DNA of 64,000 bases from the human T2T-CHM13v2.0 reference genome, Homo sapiens. The stretch lies in assembly GCF_009914755.1 (NCBI RefSeq), contig NC_060940.1, one strand, 5' to 3'. Position 1 is the stretch's first letter, and every line of letters starts with the position of its first letter. A program made the translations under genes and the position numbers. Below, in pieces: positions 32,501-47,910 of this stretch. The notes beneath the pieces were generated by a model. It was not told where the DNA came from. It saw nothing but the letters and a program-made list of their open reading frames with translations, and searched no databases.

Positions 32501-33629
32501 ACTTTTCAGGGCACATTTTCTGAGATGCCCACGTGGGGCTCAGTGTGAAGGCATGTGCCCTGCCTTCTAAGATCACAGGCCAAGCTGTCATCCAAAACCC
32601 CACAGGGACCCAAAATCCAACCCCAGCATCAACTCACTGTATGATCTGACTCTGGTCTCTCAACCTCTCTGGTCTTGGTTTCGGCAACAGCTAATCAGAA
32701 CTGAGCATTATCCAAGCAGGCGCTGGCAGAGGAGGCCCCCAGAGTCCTCCCGAGTCTGCAGCTCTATGCAAAGCGCACCCACCATTCCTCTCCACCCCAT
32801 CGCGCCATTCTCACACCCCGCGCCAGCAACACCACGCAGGATTGGTACTCCTGCCAAAATAGCTATTAACCCAGTAGCCAATAATAACACGTTATCCTAT
32901 CAATTTGCTTCTGAAACGCTGTGTAATTGCAGAACCTAAGTTTGCCATCTCGGTAGCCTGGTTACCACATAAACAGAAAGAAACTCACCAGCCTCTTCCT
33001 GAGGAGAACAAGTGGCTGGCCACGAGAAACACCCGATTACCACTGAGGCCCCCCAGCCCACCCCCTTCGAGGCCCTACAGAATCCATCAGGAATCATAGT
33101 CTGGCATTCAGTACTTCAGAGGCTAGTCTCAATGTCCCCTTGGCATGCCGCCCCTGTGACTGGAGAGGGGACCAGTGCCCGGGATGGGATGGCTTTTTAG
33201 GTGGCAAAGTCAGGCCCGGCAGCTGCACTCTGGTGGCCTCCCTCCCGGCCAGTGGTGCAGGAAGTGGGACAGACATGAGGCTTCAGGAGGGCACGGGAGA
33301 GGGCAGGAGCCAGAGGCAGGCAAGCACTTGAGTGCAAAAACCATCACAGATGCAAGCCAGCCCTCCCCACGGGAGACAGAGGGGACAGGAGGTCAATGGG
33401 TGGGGCACAGAGGGAAGGACAGGAGAGAGGCAAGGGAGGGACTCCAGACCTAGGAGTCAGGGTGCACCCCAGGGCCCTCCCCATCCCCATGCCGCAGGGC
33501 CCCACCCAGGTCTGACACCCTGGCCACCACCACCTGCTTGGCAGCTGGCCGCCCACTTTTCCTCTCTCATTCCAGAAAAAAACGTTTCCTTCCTTCTGGA
33601 TTTCATTCCACTCTGAGCAAACATTCCAC

Positions 33630-34350
33630 TCCCCAACGCGCCGGGAGCCTCTAAGGGGACTCGGCGTTCCGGTGCAGACACCAGCCTGTTTTATTCATTC
33701 TTCCCCCTTCCAACCCAGCCACCCCCTCATCACTGTCCCATGCCTCCGCTTACCTTTCCCCCTGCTCACCAGGGCGTCCCAGGGCAAACTGGCCGATGCC
33801 AAGAGGGCCAGAACCTGAGCCCGGGTTCCCAGCACCCGGCGGCAGGGCAGGCGAGGGCTGGAGAGGCGCTTCCCACCGGCCCACTGGTGATCTCAGCCAC
33901 GGGACGCATCCCCACCCGGCCGCCTGGGCCGGCGGAGAAGGATGGGCCGAGGGTGTGCTGCTCCCGCGGCGGCGCTTGGCGGAGGACCCAGCTAGCGGGA
34001 GAGGAAGGGCCTTGGGGAAGAAAAGGGGCTGGGAAAAGGCACAGATGGGGAGGGAGAGGACAGAGGAGGCCCAGGGCTCAGGCCACGCGGCCAGATGTTG
34101 ACCCAGTTGAGGGATCCAGGCCCCGGGGGCGACCGAGGAGTTCTGGCTCCCCTGCCAGCTCTGAGATTCTACAGAGATGGAGGAGGGCCTGGGGCCGGCG
34201 CCATGCCAGGGCCTGGTGCTGAGGCTGGGGTTAAAGGGAGGACCACAGAAAGGGAGCAAGGGGTCTCTCTCGGACACTGCCCCTGTCTGCCAGGACAGGG
34301 TGGGGGGACGGCCCCTGGGAGGCCCCTGGGTGGGGTGGGTGGGGAGCTGT
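33630..34350 (-). promoter_or_regulatory. CpG/GC-rich intragenic island; candidate internal ZNF423 promoter and alternative first exon (donors at 33770 and 33754)
   Basis: Local CpG retention is far above the flanks. The minus-strand donors are CTG|GTGAGC and AAG|GTAAGC, and G-runs lie at 34297-34344. Confidence 0.6.
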
Positions 34351-36009
34351 CTGCGGGAAGCAGCTCTCAGCAAATGAAAACCAGGCCTTGGAAACTGGCC
34401 GGGCCACAGCCAGGGCACAGCTCCAGGGAAAACCCCGCTGCTCACCGAAAGGTGCCCCAACCAGAGCGAAAGGTGATGTTAAAATGAACGAGCTAGGAGG
34501 GGCCAGGCAGCTTGAGCGAGATCGGGGGTGGCCCCTGGCTACAGCCCCACGATCCCTGCTCTTTTGTGCTCTGAACGCCCCTCATTGTGGGCACATTGTA
34601 CTCCCAAGGCCTGCTTGCCTGTAAGTGCTGTAAAAAGCCAACTAACTGCGCAATTTTCTTCCCTTGGCTTCCCTCCGCTCAGCCTTGGTCAGGTTATCAG
34701 CTGAGCTGGGCCTGGGGCTGGGGACTGGCCTGGCTAGGCAGGCCTGAAGTCCCCACACCCGCCATATTTGGAAATTCAACTCTCAACGGTGCATTGAGGC
34801 CCAAGGGGTGGCACTTCCAAATTGGTGGGACACCAGGGTTCTGCCATCAAGAGCTTGGTGCGTAGCGGCATTCAGTAAATATAGATGTCACCCACACATC
34901 CTTTCATTCATTAATTCACCCATTTAGTTATTCACAGGATGTCTCTGATGTGCCTACAACCCAGCAGGCACTTAGGTGGTGAGGGTAGGAGGGTGAGCCA
35001 CACTGGCAGCTCTTGGCCTGTGGAGCTCGCAGCCTAGGTGGAGGGACAACATTTGATCCTCTGTGTTTGCTAGGAGAAGTGTGTGGGGCCTGGGGGGAGA
35101 ACAGGGGCGCAGTAAGGGTGCCAGAGCCCTCCTGGAAAAAGCAGGCTCTCCGTGGAGACCAGCAGGATGAAGAATTCACCAAGTGAAGGAAGCAAGGGGC
35201 AGAAATGAGCTCCAAGCGGCAGGACCAGCAAGAGCAAAGGCCTGGAAGTGAGACTGAGGTCTCTGACAGGTTTCACGGAGCCTCCTCCGCTCCTCACTCT
35301 CAGCCACAGTGGGTGGCCCAGCCCTGGTAGCACCGCCCCCCACCCCAGCTCACAGACTCGGGGAGCCCCCCATCAGCACCTCTGGAGGCCAATCCCACAA
35401 AGCCATCATCCAGCCGTCTCTTTCCCAGCTGAAGTTCTAGTTAAAAATGTTTTCATATGTTTATTTTTAAGGGGGGATGGGAAGACAGAAGGGAGACCTG
35501 AAGGTCTTTTTCTTTTCAGAAAAAAAGAAAATTAATAAATAAATAGAGCCTCAAGAAAAGGGCATGGAAAGGTCTCTGCATCTGTAACCACTGAACAAAT
35601 TAAAATTAGCTCATTTAATCAGCTCCTAATGGCCTGGCTGTCCCGAGTGGGCCCCGGAACACAGCAAACTTCACAGCAGAACTGCGCAGGCCAATGTCAG
35701 TTTATCCTACAACAAAGGGATTTTCTAAATAGTGCGATCAAAACGCAGCGAAGGCCGGGGAGAGCTGGGGAGACGGAATGCGGCCCCCCAGATCCTGGCT
35801 GGCCCCCGCCTCCCAGCTTCGTCCCTTTGAAAGGAATTGTTCTTTTGGCTTTTGTTCTAATTATCTAAACATGTGTGTAACTCTGTTCTACAAAGAGTGT
35901 TTTAACCCGCAGAGGAGGTAACTGTAGCCCCTACCATACGTTACTGGGGCCCTGCTCCCAATCCTCACGCCTTTAATACTTCTCCATTCCCCACCTGCCT
36001 TCGACAGAG

Positions 36010-36330
36010 GCGTAAACACACCTACGACATACAGCCACCTACACGCGCCAGTTACATTCACAAACACAGAGTTACAAACACACAGTTCTATACACATGAT
36101 CACGTATTAAACCAGCTACATACACGTAGTTATAAGTGAACAGTTACATACATGCACGGTTGCCTATTCCACACACATAAAGTTACACAGACACACAGTT
36201 CTATATACACAGTCACATATAACACATTACATATGCATGGTTATACTCAATTACATGCATGCATGCACAGTTACATTCCCAGAGTTATATACACCACACA
36301 CAAGTACATGTGCACACAATACACACAGCT
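36010..36330. repeat. Degenerate (CA/TA)-rich tract
   Basis: Repeating acacagtt/atacaca units. Confidence 0.8.
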
Positions 36331-37234
36331 CCTCAAGCTCCTGCCTAACAGCTGGAGATGGGGGAGGCCCAGCTCACCAGACCCCCAGGGAGGGCCGCTG
36401 GGTGCACACCTGAGGCCCAGGCTGGTAGTAAGGACTCTTATTTCCCTGGAGTAGTTTCTCTACGCAACTTGCCACCTGGGCTAAATCATTAGGGCAATGG
36501 AGGAGGGGAAACAAAAGGCCAGGGGAGTGGGGCTGGGACCCCAGAAAAAAGGGCAGGGTGGGAAAGCATGATGCCAGGGGTAAGCACAAGCCCATGGCCC
36601 AGTGGGGAGGAAGGAGGCCAGCCCCATCACCGACTCCATCACCAACACCGACCTCAAATTCCCTTCCCATGGCCTGTAAACTGGCCAGTCTGCAGCTCTG
36701 CCTTTAGGCCCAGAGCCTCCTTGGGTGCTCAGCCCACAGGGAAATAAGCCTGGAGTCAGCCAGATCTTGTTGAAATCCAACTCCACCACTTACTAACTCT
36801 GAGCCTCCCCTTCCTCATCCAAAAAATAAGAAACAACAGTAGTCCCTATCCCAAGGGGCAGTTGTGCTGATTTCATTAGAGATGCCAGTAAAATGCCTAG
36901 TCCAGAACAAACTGGGTCAGTGTTTGCCACTCTGGCAAATGAAAGGTGTGGGCATGGAGGCCCGAGAAGAGACCATCAGACAGTGGGTCGGGGCACAGCC
37001 AGACAAGAGCTAGCCATTTGGTGACTTTCAATTTCTTATTCAACCCTCATCCCCCGAGTGAGGAAGGGGAGAATTTTAAAACTGGATAAAAGAAATTAAA
37101 CAGGGTAAAAAGAGGAACCAACTGGGATGGAGGGAAGCCTTCAGAAAACTTCTGGCCCAGAGTCAGACCATTATCTTCTGAAGACCTGCTCTATAGGTAT
37201 TTACAGCAACACCCTGGGGTAAAAGCAATTGTTA

Positions 37235-37586
<352 letters not shown>

Positions 37587-38711
37587 TCAGGGAGGTGAGA
37601 AGCCTGGGCTGGCAGAGGCAGTGTGCAAAGAGGTCTGTGTGGCTGCAAGCTGCATGCTAATGCCCAGCCCCGCTCCACCTTCCTTCCCGAGGCAACCTGT
37701 TCTCCCAACTACAAACTTTCTTTAGCAGGACTCCAGCAGGTAGGAGAGCCTGAAGTTGGCTTCTGGCTCTGGGAACTACAAGAGCCTCAGACCACCCAAC
37801 CCAAACTCAGGAGTGTGGCCCTTTTCCTTGCAGGAGTTCACCAAGTCCTCAAGCCCCTACCCCCCACCCACCTCCCATGCTGAGTAGGAGGTGGGAAAGA
37901 ACCTGTACACAGAGGCCTTACTGTAAAATGGGAAAACATTTTACAGACTTAGAAACTGAGGCCCCGAAATGGCAGGGGTGGGAGGCTCAAACTCCCACAA
38001 CTCAGAGGCTGACTCTGCAAACCTTGAGTCCTCCCAGGATGGGACTCCTACCTTCCTTGCCCTTCTCTTGCCCAGGCAGGTCCTCCTGGGATCTATTAGG
38101 TGAGCAGCATTGTTGAGACCCCAGGGAGTGCTCAGAAAAAGAACCTGGACACAGGCTCCATCCAGAAGGTCCCACTGGGCTAGTGGTAGCTGTCCTGGTC
38201 CTGTTTAGGGATCCTGTTTTCCACTTGATTGGCAGGGCCCAAGCTGACCCCTGGTATGCCTGGAGGTCAGCCAAGATACAGGGAAGGTGGCAGGAGGGTC
38301 AGAGCCACCTGATGCAGCCTCAGTACAGGGAGTAGGACCTGGGGAAACAGTTCCCGCTAACCCACTAACGCTGCAGACCCACAGCCTGCAGGCTCTCCCA
38401 GCCCCACCCCCAGTAAGCACCAGGCCCCCAGGAGGAAGGAGGGGTGGGCAGGGAGGTAAGCACATGGGCTCGTGTTTGAATCTTGGCTCTGTCATCTACA
38501 TGCTGTGTGACCTGGGACAAGTGACCTCCCCTCTCTGAGTCACAAACCTCAACTATAAAATGAAGATGGTGACAGTGCATGTCTCCTTCCTTACTTGAGG
38601 ACTGAAGGGACGTTTCTAGCTCAGTGTCTGGTCCCCCTTCCCCAGTGGTAACCCTTAGTAAGCACAGAGAGTGGGGAGTGGGGAGTGCAGCATGGTCTTA
38701 AATCCATCTCA

Positions 38712-39043
<332 letters not shown>

Positions 39044-41332
39044 TCATCTCCCACATGGCGACCCTAGAGGCCCAGGCCACCATCCCCAATGAGTGGGATA
39101 TGGGGCACCCTTCTTTCAGATGCAGCAGGACTGTCCCCTGCCCAGCATAGATTCATCTCAGCCATTCTTAAGCTAAGCCCAGCAGGCAGCCGACAGGGCA
39201 GCCCAGAGGACACGGCCAGGCCAGGTGGGGTGCAAACCTCTTCCTTACGGGATCTGGGCCCACCAGGCAGGAGTTGGACCTAGAGACCCCTTGGAAAGCC
39301 CAAAACTTCACTCTCTTACCATCAGGATTCAGAAGAGAACCACATGAAAAAAGAGTTGGTGATATCTCCCCCTGCACCCCCTCACCATCCAGGTCACCCC
39401 CCACACAGAGCCCAGCTGGGCTGGGAAATCGGGCCCTAGCCAGGGCTCCTGCTTCCCTACTCCAGAGCCAGATGGCCCTACACAAGCCTCCCTTCTACTC
39501 TACTCCAAGCCTCAGTTTCCCCTCCTTGGCTCTGCTTACTTCACAGGGCTGCAGTGAGGGTCAGAGAGGAATGATGGCTGTGGAGATGCTTTGTAAACTG
39601 TCGAGAGCCATTGCCACACACGGGATTATTGAGGGTAACCAGGATAGGAAGGGGAGGAGACGCCAAGGGCAAGCCCCATCTGTCCGTTCCCCTGCATCAG
39701 GGCAGTGGCCCCACCACGAGAACAGAGGAAAAAAAGGCCAAGAAGACAAAGTCAGGGAGGCTCACGCCAGGGCTGGATGCTCCCTCCAGGGCCCCAGAGT
39801 GCAGGCAGGAGCTGCTGCAGCCCAGCAGTTCTGTTTGGTGACATTGGAAGGGGAAAGCAGACAACATGGGTCTCTGGGATGCGGCCACCTGGCTCAGCAC
39901 CCAGCACACAGTAGGCATCACCCACTGGTTGAGTTCTCCCAGCCGCCAACCCTCAGACAACCTGCCTCTGCGAGAGTTCAGTGCAGATGCCCACAGATGG
40001 AAGCCAGAAAAAAATATGACTCCTTGCAAAAGAAGCAGACTGCACCATGTGTCCCAGCTCAGCAGGCTGGTCCCAAGGCCTCAGACCCCCTCATGGCTGT
40101 GGCCCTGTAAGGATGGGAAGGCATGGTTTTCCCACTTCATGGGTCACCAGCAGCTGTCCCTACCTGCCCAACTCTGCCAGCAGGCAGGCTCAACTAGATG
40201 CAGGCAGCCAACCTAGTGCCAAGGAATAGGCAGAGGAGGAGTTGGGGCTGCATTCTAGTCCTGCCCACTTTTGCCCCCTGTGCCATCTGCATCTCGGGGA
40301 TGCCTCTGTTGGGGACTCAGTTTCCCCACATGCTCCGGCTCCCCCTGCCCCATAAGCTGTGAAACCCAAGCAAAACAGCACGCTGCCTCATTCTCAGCCA
40401 ACGTAGGCTACAATTAATCTGAAGCAGGGATTTTCTTAATTGCTGGGTTTTACAACCCAATCGCAAAGATAAATTACAGCTAGCTGACAACGCCGGCTTG
40501 AGGCGAGACGTTTAAAGCATCCTTTTTAAGTGTGTGGGCTCTTTAAAAAGCTGGTATGATGGGAATGGAATTGTGCTTGCAGCCTAGATCGGAGGCTACT
40601 TCCCTTAGGGAGTCAGGCCAGCAACGCCAGGGGACAAACCTCTCGAAGGAGATGTCTTATTGGGGAGTAAAAGTAAATACATAAAAGAAGGGAGGTCCAC
40701 CTGCAACCCTCCTAATTGCCTTCCTTCACATGCAGCTGCAGTTCCACACTCCACAGCCCCTTCAGGTGTTTCAGCGCCAACAGGATTCCCGGGACTAGGA
40801 AGGCCCAGCTTCCCTCATTAGCTGTGCCTGGTCACCCAGGGGGCACAGAAGAAATGGTGTCAGCATGCACTTGGCAGTGCCCTCCAACACAAGGATGACT
40901 GCCCCCTGGGAGAGGCAGTGAGGGTAAGGGACGAGGTGTGAAGGGGGTCCCCTCTGATCTTGTTCTTGCAGGGAGCTCAAGGCCTGGCAGCAGCCACGTC
41001 CAAAACAGACAAACCATAGGCCCTGGGTCCTGTAGCCCACCCTAGGACCAAGCCCGGCCTTGATAGTTCCATGAGGTCCCAAGCACGCGTCCACCCGCTA
41101 CAGGGTGTCCCACCTCCAGCCAAGAGGAATAGCATGGGTGTGCATGTGTGCATGCACATGACTTCCAAGCAAACGAGCCCTCCCACCACCACCCACCCCG
41201 CCCTGCATGGCCAAGAGTGGGAGGAAGAAAGGAATAGGAAGAAATCCGGCAGCGCTGCTCTGTGTGATGGGTCAGGTGATGGCTCCACCTAATGTCTGCT
41301 GAGCAATTATTCCGGGAGAGGTGCCCCACACG

Positions 41333-41648
41333 TTTTATTTTATTTTTTATTTATTATTTTTTTTTGAGGCGGAGTCTCACTCTGTCGCCCAGGCTGGAGA
41401 GTGCTGGTGCGATCTCGGCTCATTAGCAACCTCCACCTCCTGGGCTCAAGAGATTCTCATGCCTTAGCCTCCTGAGTAGCTGGGATTACAGGCAGACACC
41501 ACCAGGCTAGGCTAATCTGTGTATTTTTAGTAGAGATGGGGTTTCACCATGTTGCCCAGGCTGGTCTCAAACTCCTGAGATCAGGCAATCTGCCTGCCTC
41601 AGCCTCCCAAAGTGCTAGGACTACAGGCGTAAGCCACCGCGCCCAGCC
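41333..41648 (-). mobile_element. Alu (J/S-like)
   Basis: Reverse dimer with TSD ccacacgttttattt / ccacatcttttattt. Confidence 0.93.
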
Positions 41649-41669
41649 CACATCTTTTATTTGCCTGTC

Positions 41670-41970
41670 CACAACTCCCTACCCCAAACCCAAACCGTCA
41701 GATGTGGTCCAAAATTCAGACTTTTTCAGATTCTAGAAAGGTGAGACAGTGCACTTGCTGCAAATTTGGGAACACTCCAGCAGCAGTCAGGCACACTGAT
41801 ACTTCTGCAGCAAAACATATCGGTATTCACTAATGTGAACGAAATAAAGACCATAAATAGCTTCACATCAGCTCAGGTCAAACTTGGCTGCCAAATACAT
41901 TACAGAAAAAAAAAATTCAGGTTTCTGGCTTTCTGGAATTCAGAATTGTGAATAGGGGATTCTGGACCTC
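41670..41970. mobile_element. Probable ancient TcMar-Tigger-type DNA transposon relic
   Basis: The end ttctggaattcagaattgtgaataggggat resembles Tigger termini. The family is not certain. Confidence 0.4.
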
Positions 41971-42198
41971 CACTGCCTCTTTAATCTTCCTGGTGACCCT
42001 GTGGGGTAGGTACTATTGCTACTCTTGCTTCCCAGAGAGGAAAGTGAGGCACAAAGAAGTTAAGAAATAATTTCCCCATAGTCTGTGGGGCAGCAGGGCG
42101 GAAACCATGGCCATCTGGCCTGGAGGGTCTGCACTCTCCATCCCCAGGGTGTCCCATAGTTGACCAAAGTACGGAGCTGCAGTTTAAAAGCCTCCTGA

Positions 42199-42525
42199 GG
42201 CTGGGCATGGTGGTTCACGCCTGTAATCCCAGCACTTTGGGAGGCCGAGGCAGATGGATCACCTGAGGTCAGGAGTTCAAGACCAGCCTGGCCAACATGG
42301 CGAAACCTGTCTCTACTAAAAATACAAAAATTAGCCAGGCATGGTGGCACATGCCTGTAATCCCAGCTACTCGCGAGGCTGAGGCAGGAGAAACACTTGA
42401 AACCCCAGGCAACGGAGGTTGCACTGAGCCGAGATCGCGTCATTACACTCCAGTCTGGGCGACAGAGTGAAACTCCATCTCAAAAAAATTTAAAAATAAG
42501 TACAATAAAATAAAATAAAATAAAA
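42199..42525 (+). mobile_element. AluSx-like
   Basis: Dimer with TSD aaaagcctcc. Confidence 0.95.
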
Positions 42526-45449
42526 GCCTCCGAAAAAAGAGTGGAGCATCTGTAAATGTACCGAGTGTCCACAGCCTGCCCCACCACGCGGTGTGATCTA
42601 TGGGCCAGCCTCCACCAGGAGGCACTCACCTAGGAGTTACACAAACCCTGAGTGGCATTCCCACACCTGCCCAGAGCCTTGCTGGAGCCCAGGAGCCCAA
42701 GGCGGTCTCCCACCAGCAGGTGAGGCTCACCACCCCGCCCTGGTACACAGGTAATTACTCCCTACCTGACACAGTCTGCACAGATCATTTTACCCACAAC
42801 AAATATGCTAAACACAGCCCCAGGCCAGGAGAAACATGCTGCAGGTAAATCCCATTTGACAGGGGCTGAGGCTTCCAGCAGGACTCCCAGATGCCTTTGG
42901 GAGGAGTGGTGACCCCATCCCATCAAAATGACATTGGAGCCCCACGACTCCCCTGGTCATCTCCAACTTCTCTTGATTGGCAATTTTTTCACCCACTGGG
43001 AAAGATTGTTGCATAGGCAAAATCCTGGCATTCTATTACCAAATAATTACATGATCATTTCATAGGCATTAAGACACTCCCACCAGCGTGAGCGGTGGTG
43101 TCCAGCGCTAACCGAGGCTGGCCTGGACTGCGGGTGCTTGTTAAGGAGAACTCCAGCATTGAGGAAAACCTCCAGCTGCAGCTCCCACACTGCCCTGGTT
43201 TCTAATTAAAAATTAAAGCAGGCATCTTTCCTCAGAAACCCAATTAGCATCAAGCTGATGGTACAAACACACATGTGCACAAACACATGGGCACACGTGT
43301 GTCACATGCACATGCTTATGCAAGGTGTGCAAACACGTATGTATGCATGTGCACACACTTGCACATGCACACAAACCCTTCTGCCCATGGGGGGCTACAA
43401 ACCGCCATCTGGTCATCCATTCAGTCTACCCTGATGAGGATTCACCAAGCATCACGCACTCCACGTGCCCCACAGGAAGAAACCCAGGGCCCTGCCTTCA
43501 GGAGCATGAGCTCTAAAGGAGGCTGAGGAAAGTGCACAAGGTAAGACAGTCCATGGTGGGACCTTAAAAGGGTCCTTAGGAAGCCCAGAGAGCTCAGTTC
43601 TGGCAGGGTGATCAGGGACACCCTGAGACATGAAGGCCTGCTGCTGGGTCTTAATTTATAGAAAAAAATATAAAAGGCCATGGAGCAGGTAGAGAAAATA
43701 GCCAGAGCAAAGGCAAGCAAAGGTAGCTGGCACTCTGAGAACAAAAATTATTCTGAGTGAAAAATAGGCAGGTGGAAAATGGGTAAATGTAGATAACACA
43801 AGAGTTCTAGCATGGGTACTTTTTTAAACCTATATGAATTTAGCTGTGTGCTGAGCAAAAAGAAAATTTGTGCACAGGATCTGAGATAGGAATGAGTGTG
43901 AAACGCAAACAAAATTTTGCTGTGCAGTCCAACAGCTGATGTTCCAGTAACCTCTCCTAAAGCAAGTGTCACCGAGTGCCTAAGGGATTTGTGGTGTGTG
44001 TGTGTGCAGAGCACGCAGTGTGTTCTCGGCTGGGGAGCAGTCCAGTCGGTAATCCTGGCCATGTGCATACGTGTGCTGCAGCCGATGTGTACACGGTGCG
44101 TCATCCCACTTTACAAGGGAGGACAGGGTGGCTCTGAGACGTGATGTCACTCTACTGGAAACACAAAACCAGTCAGGGCCAGAGCCCACATCTGACCCCA
44201 GGCAGTGTGGCCCAGAGTCCACCCCCTGCACCACCAGGCGGAACAGAGATGTGAACAAAGCTGTACTTCAGGGAAAATAATCAGGCAGGGGTCCTCAAGG
44301 TGGGGTGGGACAAAGTGAAGGCACAGACCAAAGCCCGAGAGGCAGCCACGCAGTGCTGTGCAGAGGGGCGGAACGGGGCTGCAGCCACAGGGATGCTCTG
44401 AGGCCTTGGAACAGATGGGAAGGCAGGGAAGAGGGCACCAGGGGACTCTGCGGTCTGAGTGAGATTTTCTTCGGTGACTACAGTTTGTGAGCTCCCAGTG
44501 GCCGGTTTGTCTTAGAAAGGGACTGAGTCCCAGCCCTTCCCCTCCAATCATGACCACCCCTGCTTCCTCCATCTTGCCCTTGGTGAGAGAAAACTCCAGC
44601 ACACCAAGATGTCCTGGGAAGTCCATCCTTCCCACCACCCAGGTAGACAGGATGGCAAGCAGGCAACTGAACAGCCGCCCAGGGCAGAGCGGGAGGCCTG
44701 TGGTGTGTGGAATTCATCTGCTGTGAGATGATGCTATTTCTTCATGCAACATGACCAGGGTTGGAAAGATAACACTGGAAACAAAGTCAACATTTATAGC
44801 TGGTCTACTAACATGCTGTGTGACCCTGGATACATCACTAAACCTCTCTGAGCCTCAGCTTCCTCTAGCTGTTGACTCACTCATGTACAGAGGACCCACT
44901 ATATGCCAGGTATAAGCTCTGTAGTTGGTGACCTTTGCAGTTGGTCAGTGCTGCATGGCTCATGGGTCTGAAGCCCACCCTGGATCATGCAGGAGAGGCA
45001 CGTACCCACCCAGGTGCTGGAACCATTAACCTGGCCATCTTTGACTAGGAGGCTTGGGAATTACAGCATTCAGCCACTCCCAGAATCCCCTCCCTGCTGG
45101 GGTGATAACCAGCACTGGGGGTGAACTGCCCCACCCCTCCCTCAGCGGTGCCCTCAGCTGGAATTGGGCACGTTAAAACTCAGACTCCGGGCTGCCACGG
45201 CCCCCACAACCACGCTGCACCACCCCACCCCCCTCCAGCTGCCTGTGCGCCGGCTGCTGCTGCTGCTCATTTCCAGGCAAATGTTCTAGTTAATTAAAAC
45301 ACACCCAAGTGCTCACACGCACATGGAGCCAAGCTACAAAATCAGTTCTACCAAACAGCAGCTCCTCTGCTCCAGCCTGGGATCGATGCAGGCCAGGACA
45401 GGGGTTCCAAAGTTGATGTTACTGGCACCGAGACTTTGCTCATAAGACC

Positions 45450-45670
45450 CTACCTGTATACACACCTGTACACAAATGTAAAAGCATATGTGTGCACCTA
45501 CACACGAGCCTGTGTGCACATGCAAGCCATATGTGCATGCACATGTGTGTGTTCTGAACACGTCCATGAGTGCTCCACACACAACACTGTGCAGAGGTGT
45601 GCAACATCCACGCACACACGCACCTGCATACATATGCATGGACACACTCACACAGGCATGCACACACCCC
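45450..45670. repeat. Degenerate (CA/TG) tract
   Basis: Dense cacac/tgtgc/atgca repeats. Confidence 0.8.
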
Positions 45671-46529
45671 ACAGTGCCCCCTTCTCCAGGAAGTCTTCTC
45701 CAGCTTTTTGGGCCTTCCAGCTCAGAACATCAGCCATGGTTAGTAAATAAACACTTGCTGCATGAGGGAGAGAATGAATAAATAAATGAATCCACTGATC
45801 AATGATACAGTGGGCAAACGGGAACAGCCCACAAGTACAATTATGCATCACCGCAGATTGGATTTTCCAGAGACTGGAGGCGCAGCTCTGCCCTTGCAGC
45901 TGTGCTGCAGAGCTCCACGAGGCACTAACTGAGATACACACACACGCACACGGGCATGTGGCTGGAAAATGCACATTCCCAGATCTGGACATCCATAACA
46001 ACCAGGAACTGGCAAGGGAGGGCTGCAGTCATCCAGGCTAGGAGACAGAAATCAGTCACCTTTAATGGGACTTTAGTCCCAGAAGGGAAGGTGCCTGGAG
46101 GTCCACAAGGCTGCCTGACATTCTGGGACTAAATCAGACACATGGCCTTCACACAGGCAGGTGACTCTAGGGAACAAAAACAGCCTGGAGTAGGTCAATC
46201 CTGCCCTAGCAAGCATGTCCAGTATGCTCCAGGTCCACCGAGACCACCTTGCAGGTGGCCACTTCTGCAGCCACAAACAACTGTTCTTTATGAGGACCTG
46301 ACACTCATACACAAATGTCAACCACTTGACACCCTAGATGGGCATGGAAAGGATTTCTGTTCATGGAGATGGGGACAGCTGTGCTGGGCACCTCAAACCA
46401 CATCAGTTGAACAACTGACCTTCTAACTCATGCCACGGGGCTGGCAAAGCTGTCTACAGAGAGCAAAGGACGTGAGAAGGAGGGTTTAGAAAGGAGTGGG
46501 GATGGTGGACTTAGCGGCCATGGGAGTCA

Positions 46530-47511
<982 letters not shown>

Positions 47512-47576
47512 TCAGGTCCACCTGGAGCTGCTAAATAAGAATCTGAATTTCATACATTCCATTAGTAATTATGTTA

Positions 47577-47910
<334 letters not shown>

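Noticed and set aside
39274-40110. 278-aa plus-strand ORF
   Set aside because: Non-ATG start, overlaps MIR-like sequence, and has no recognisable motifs.
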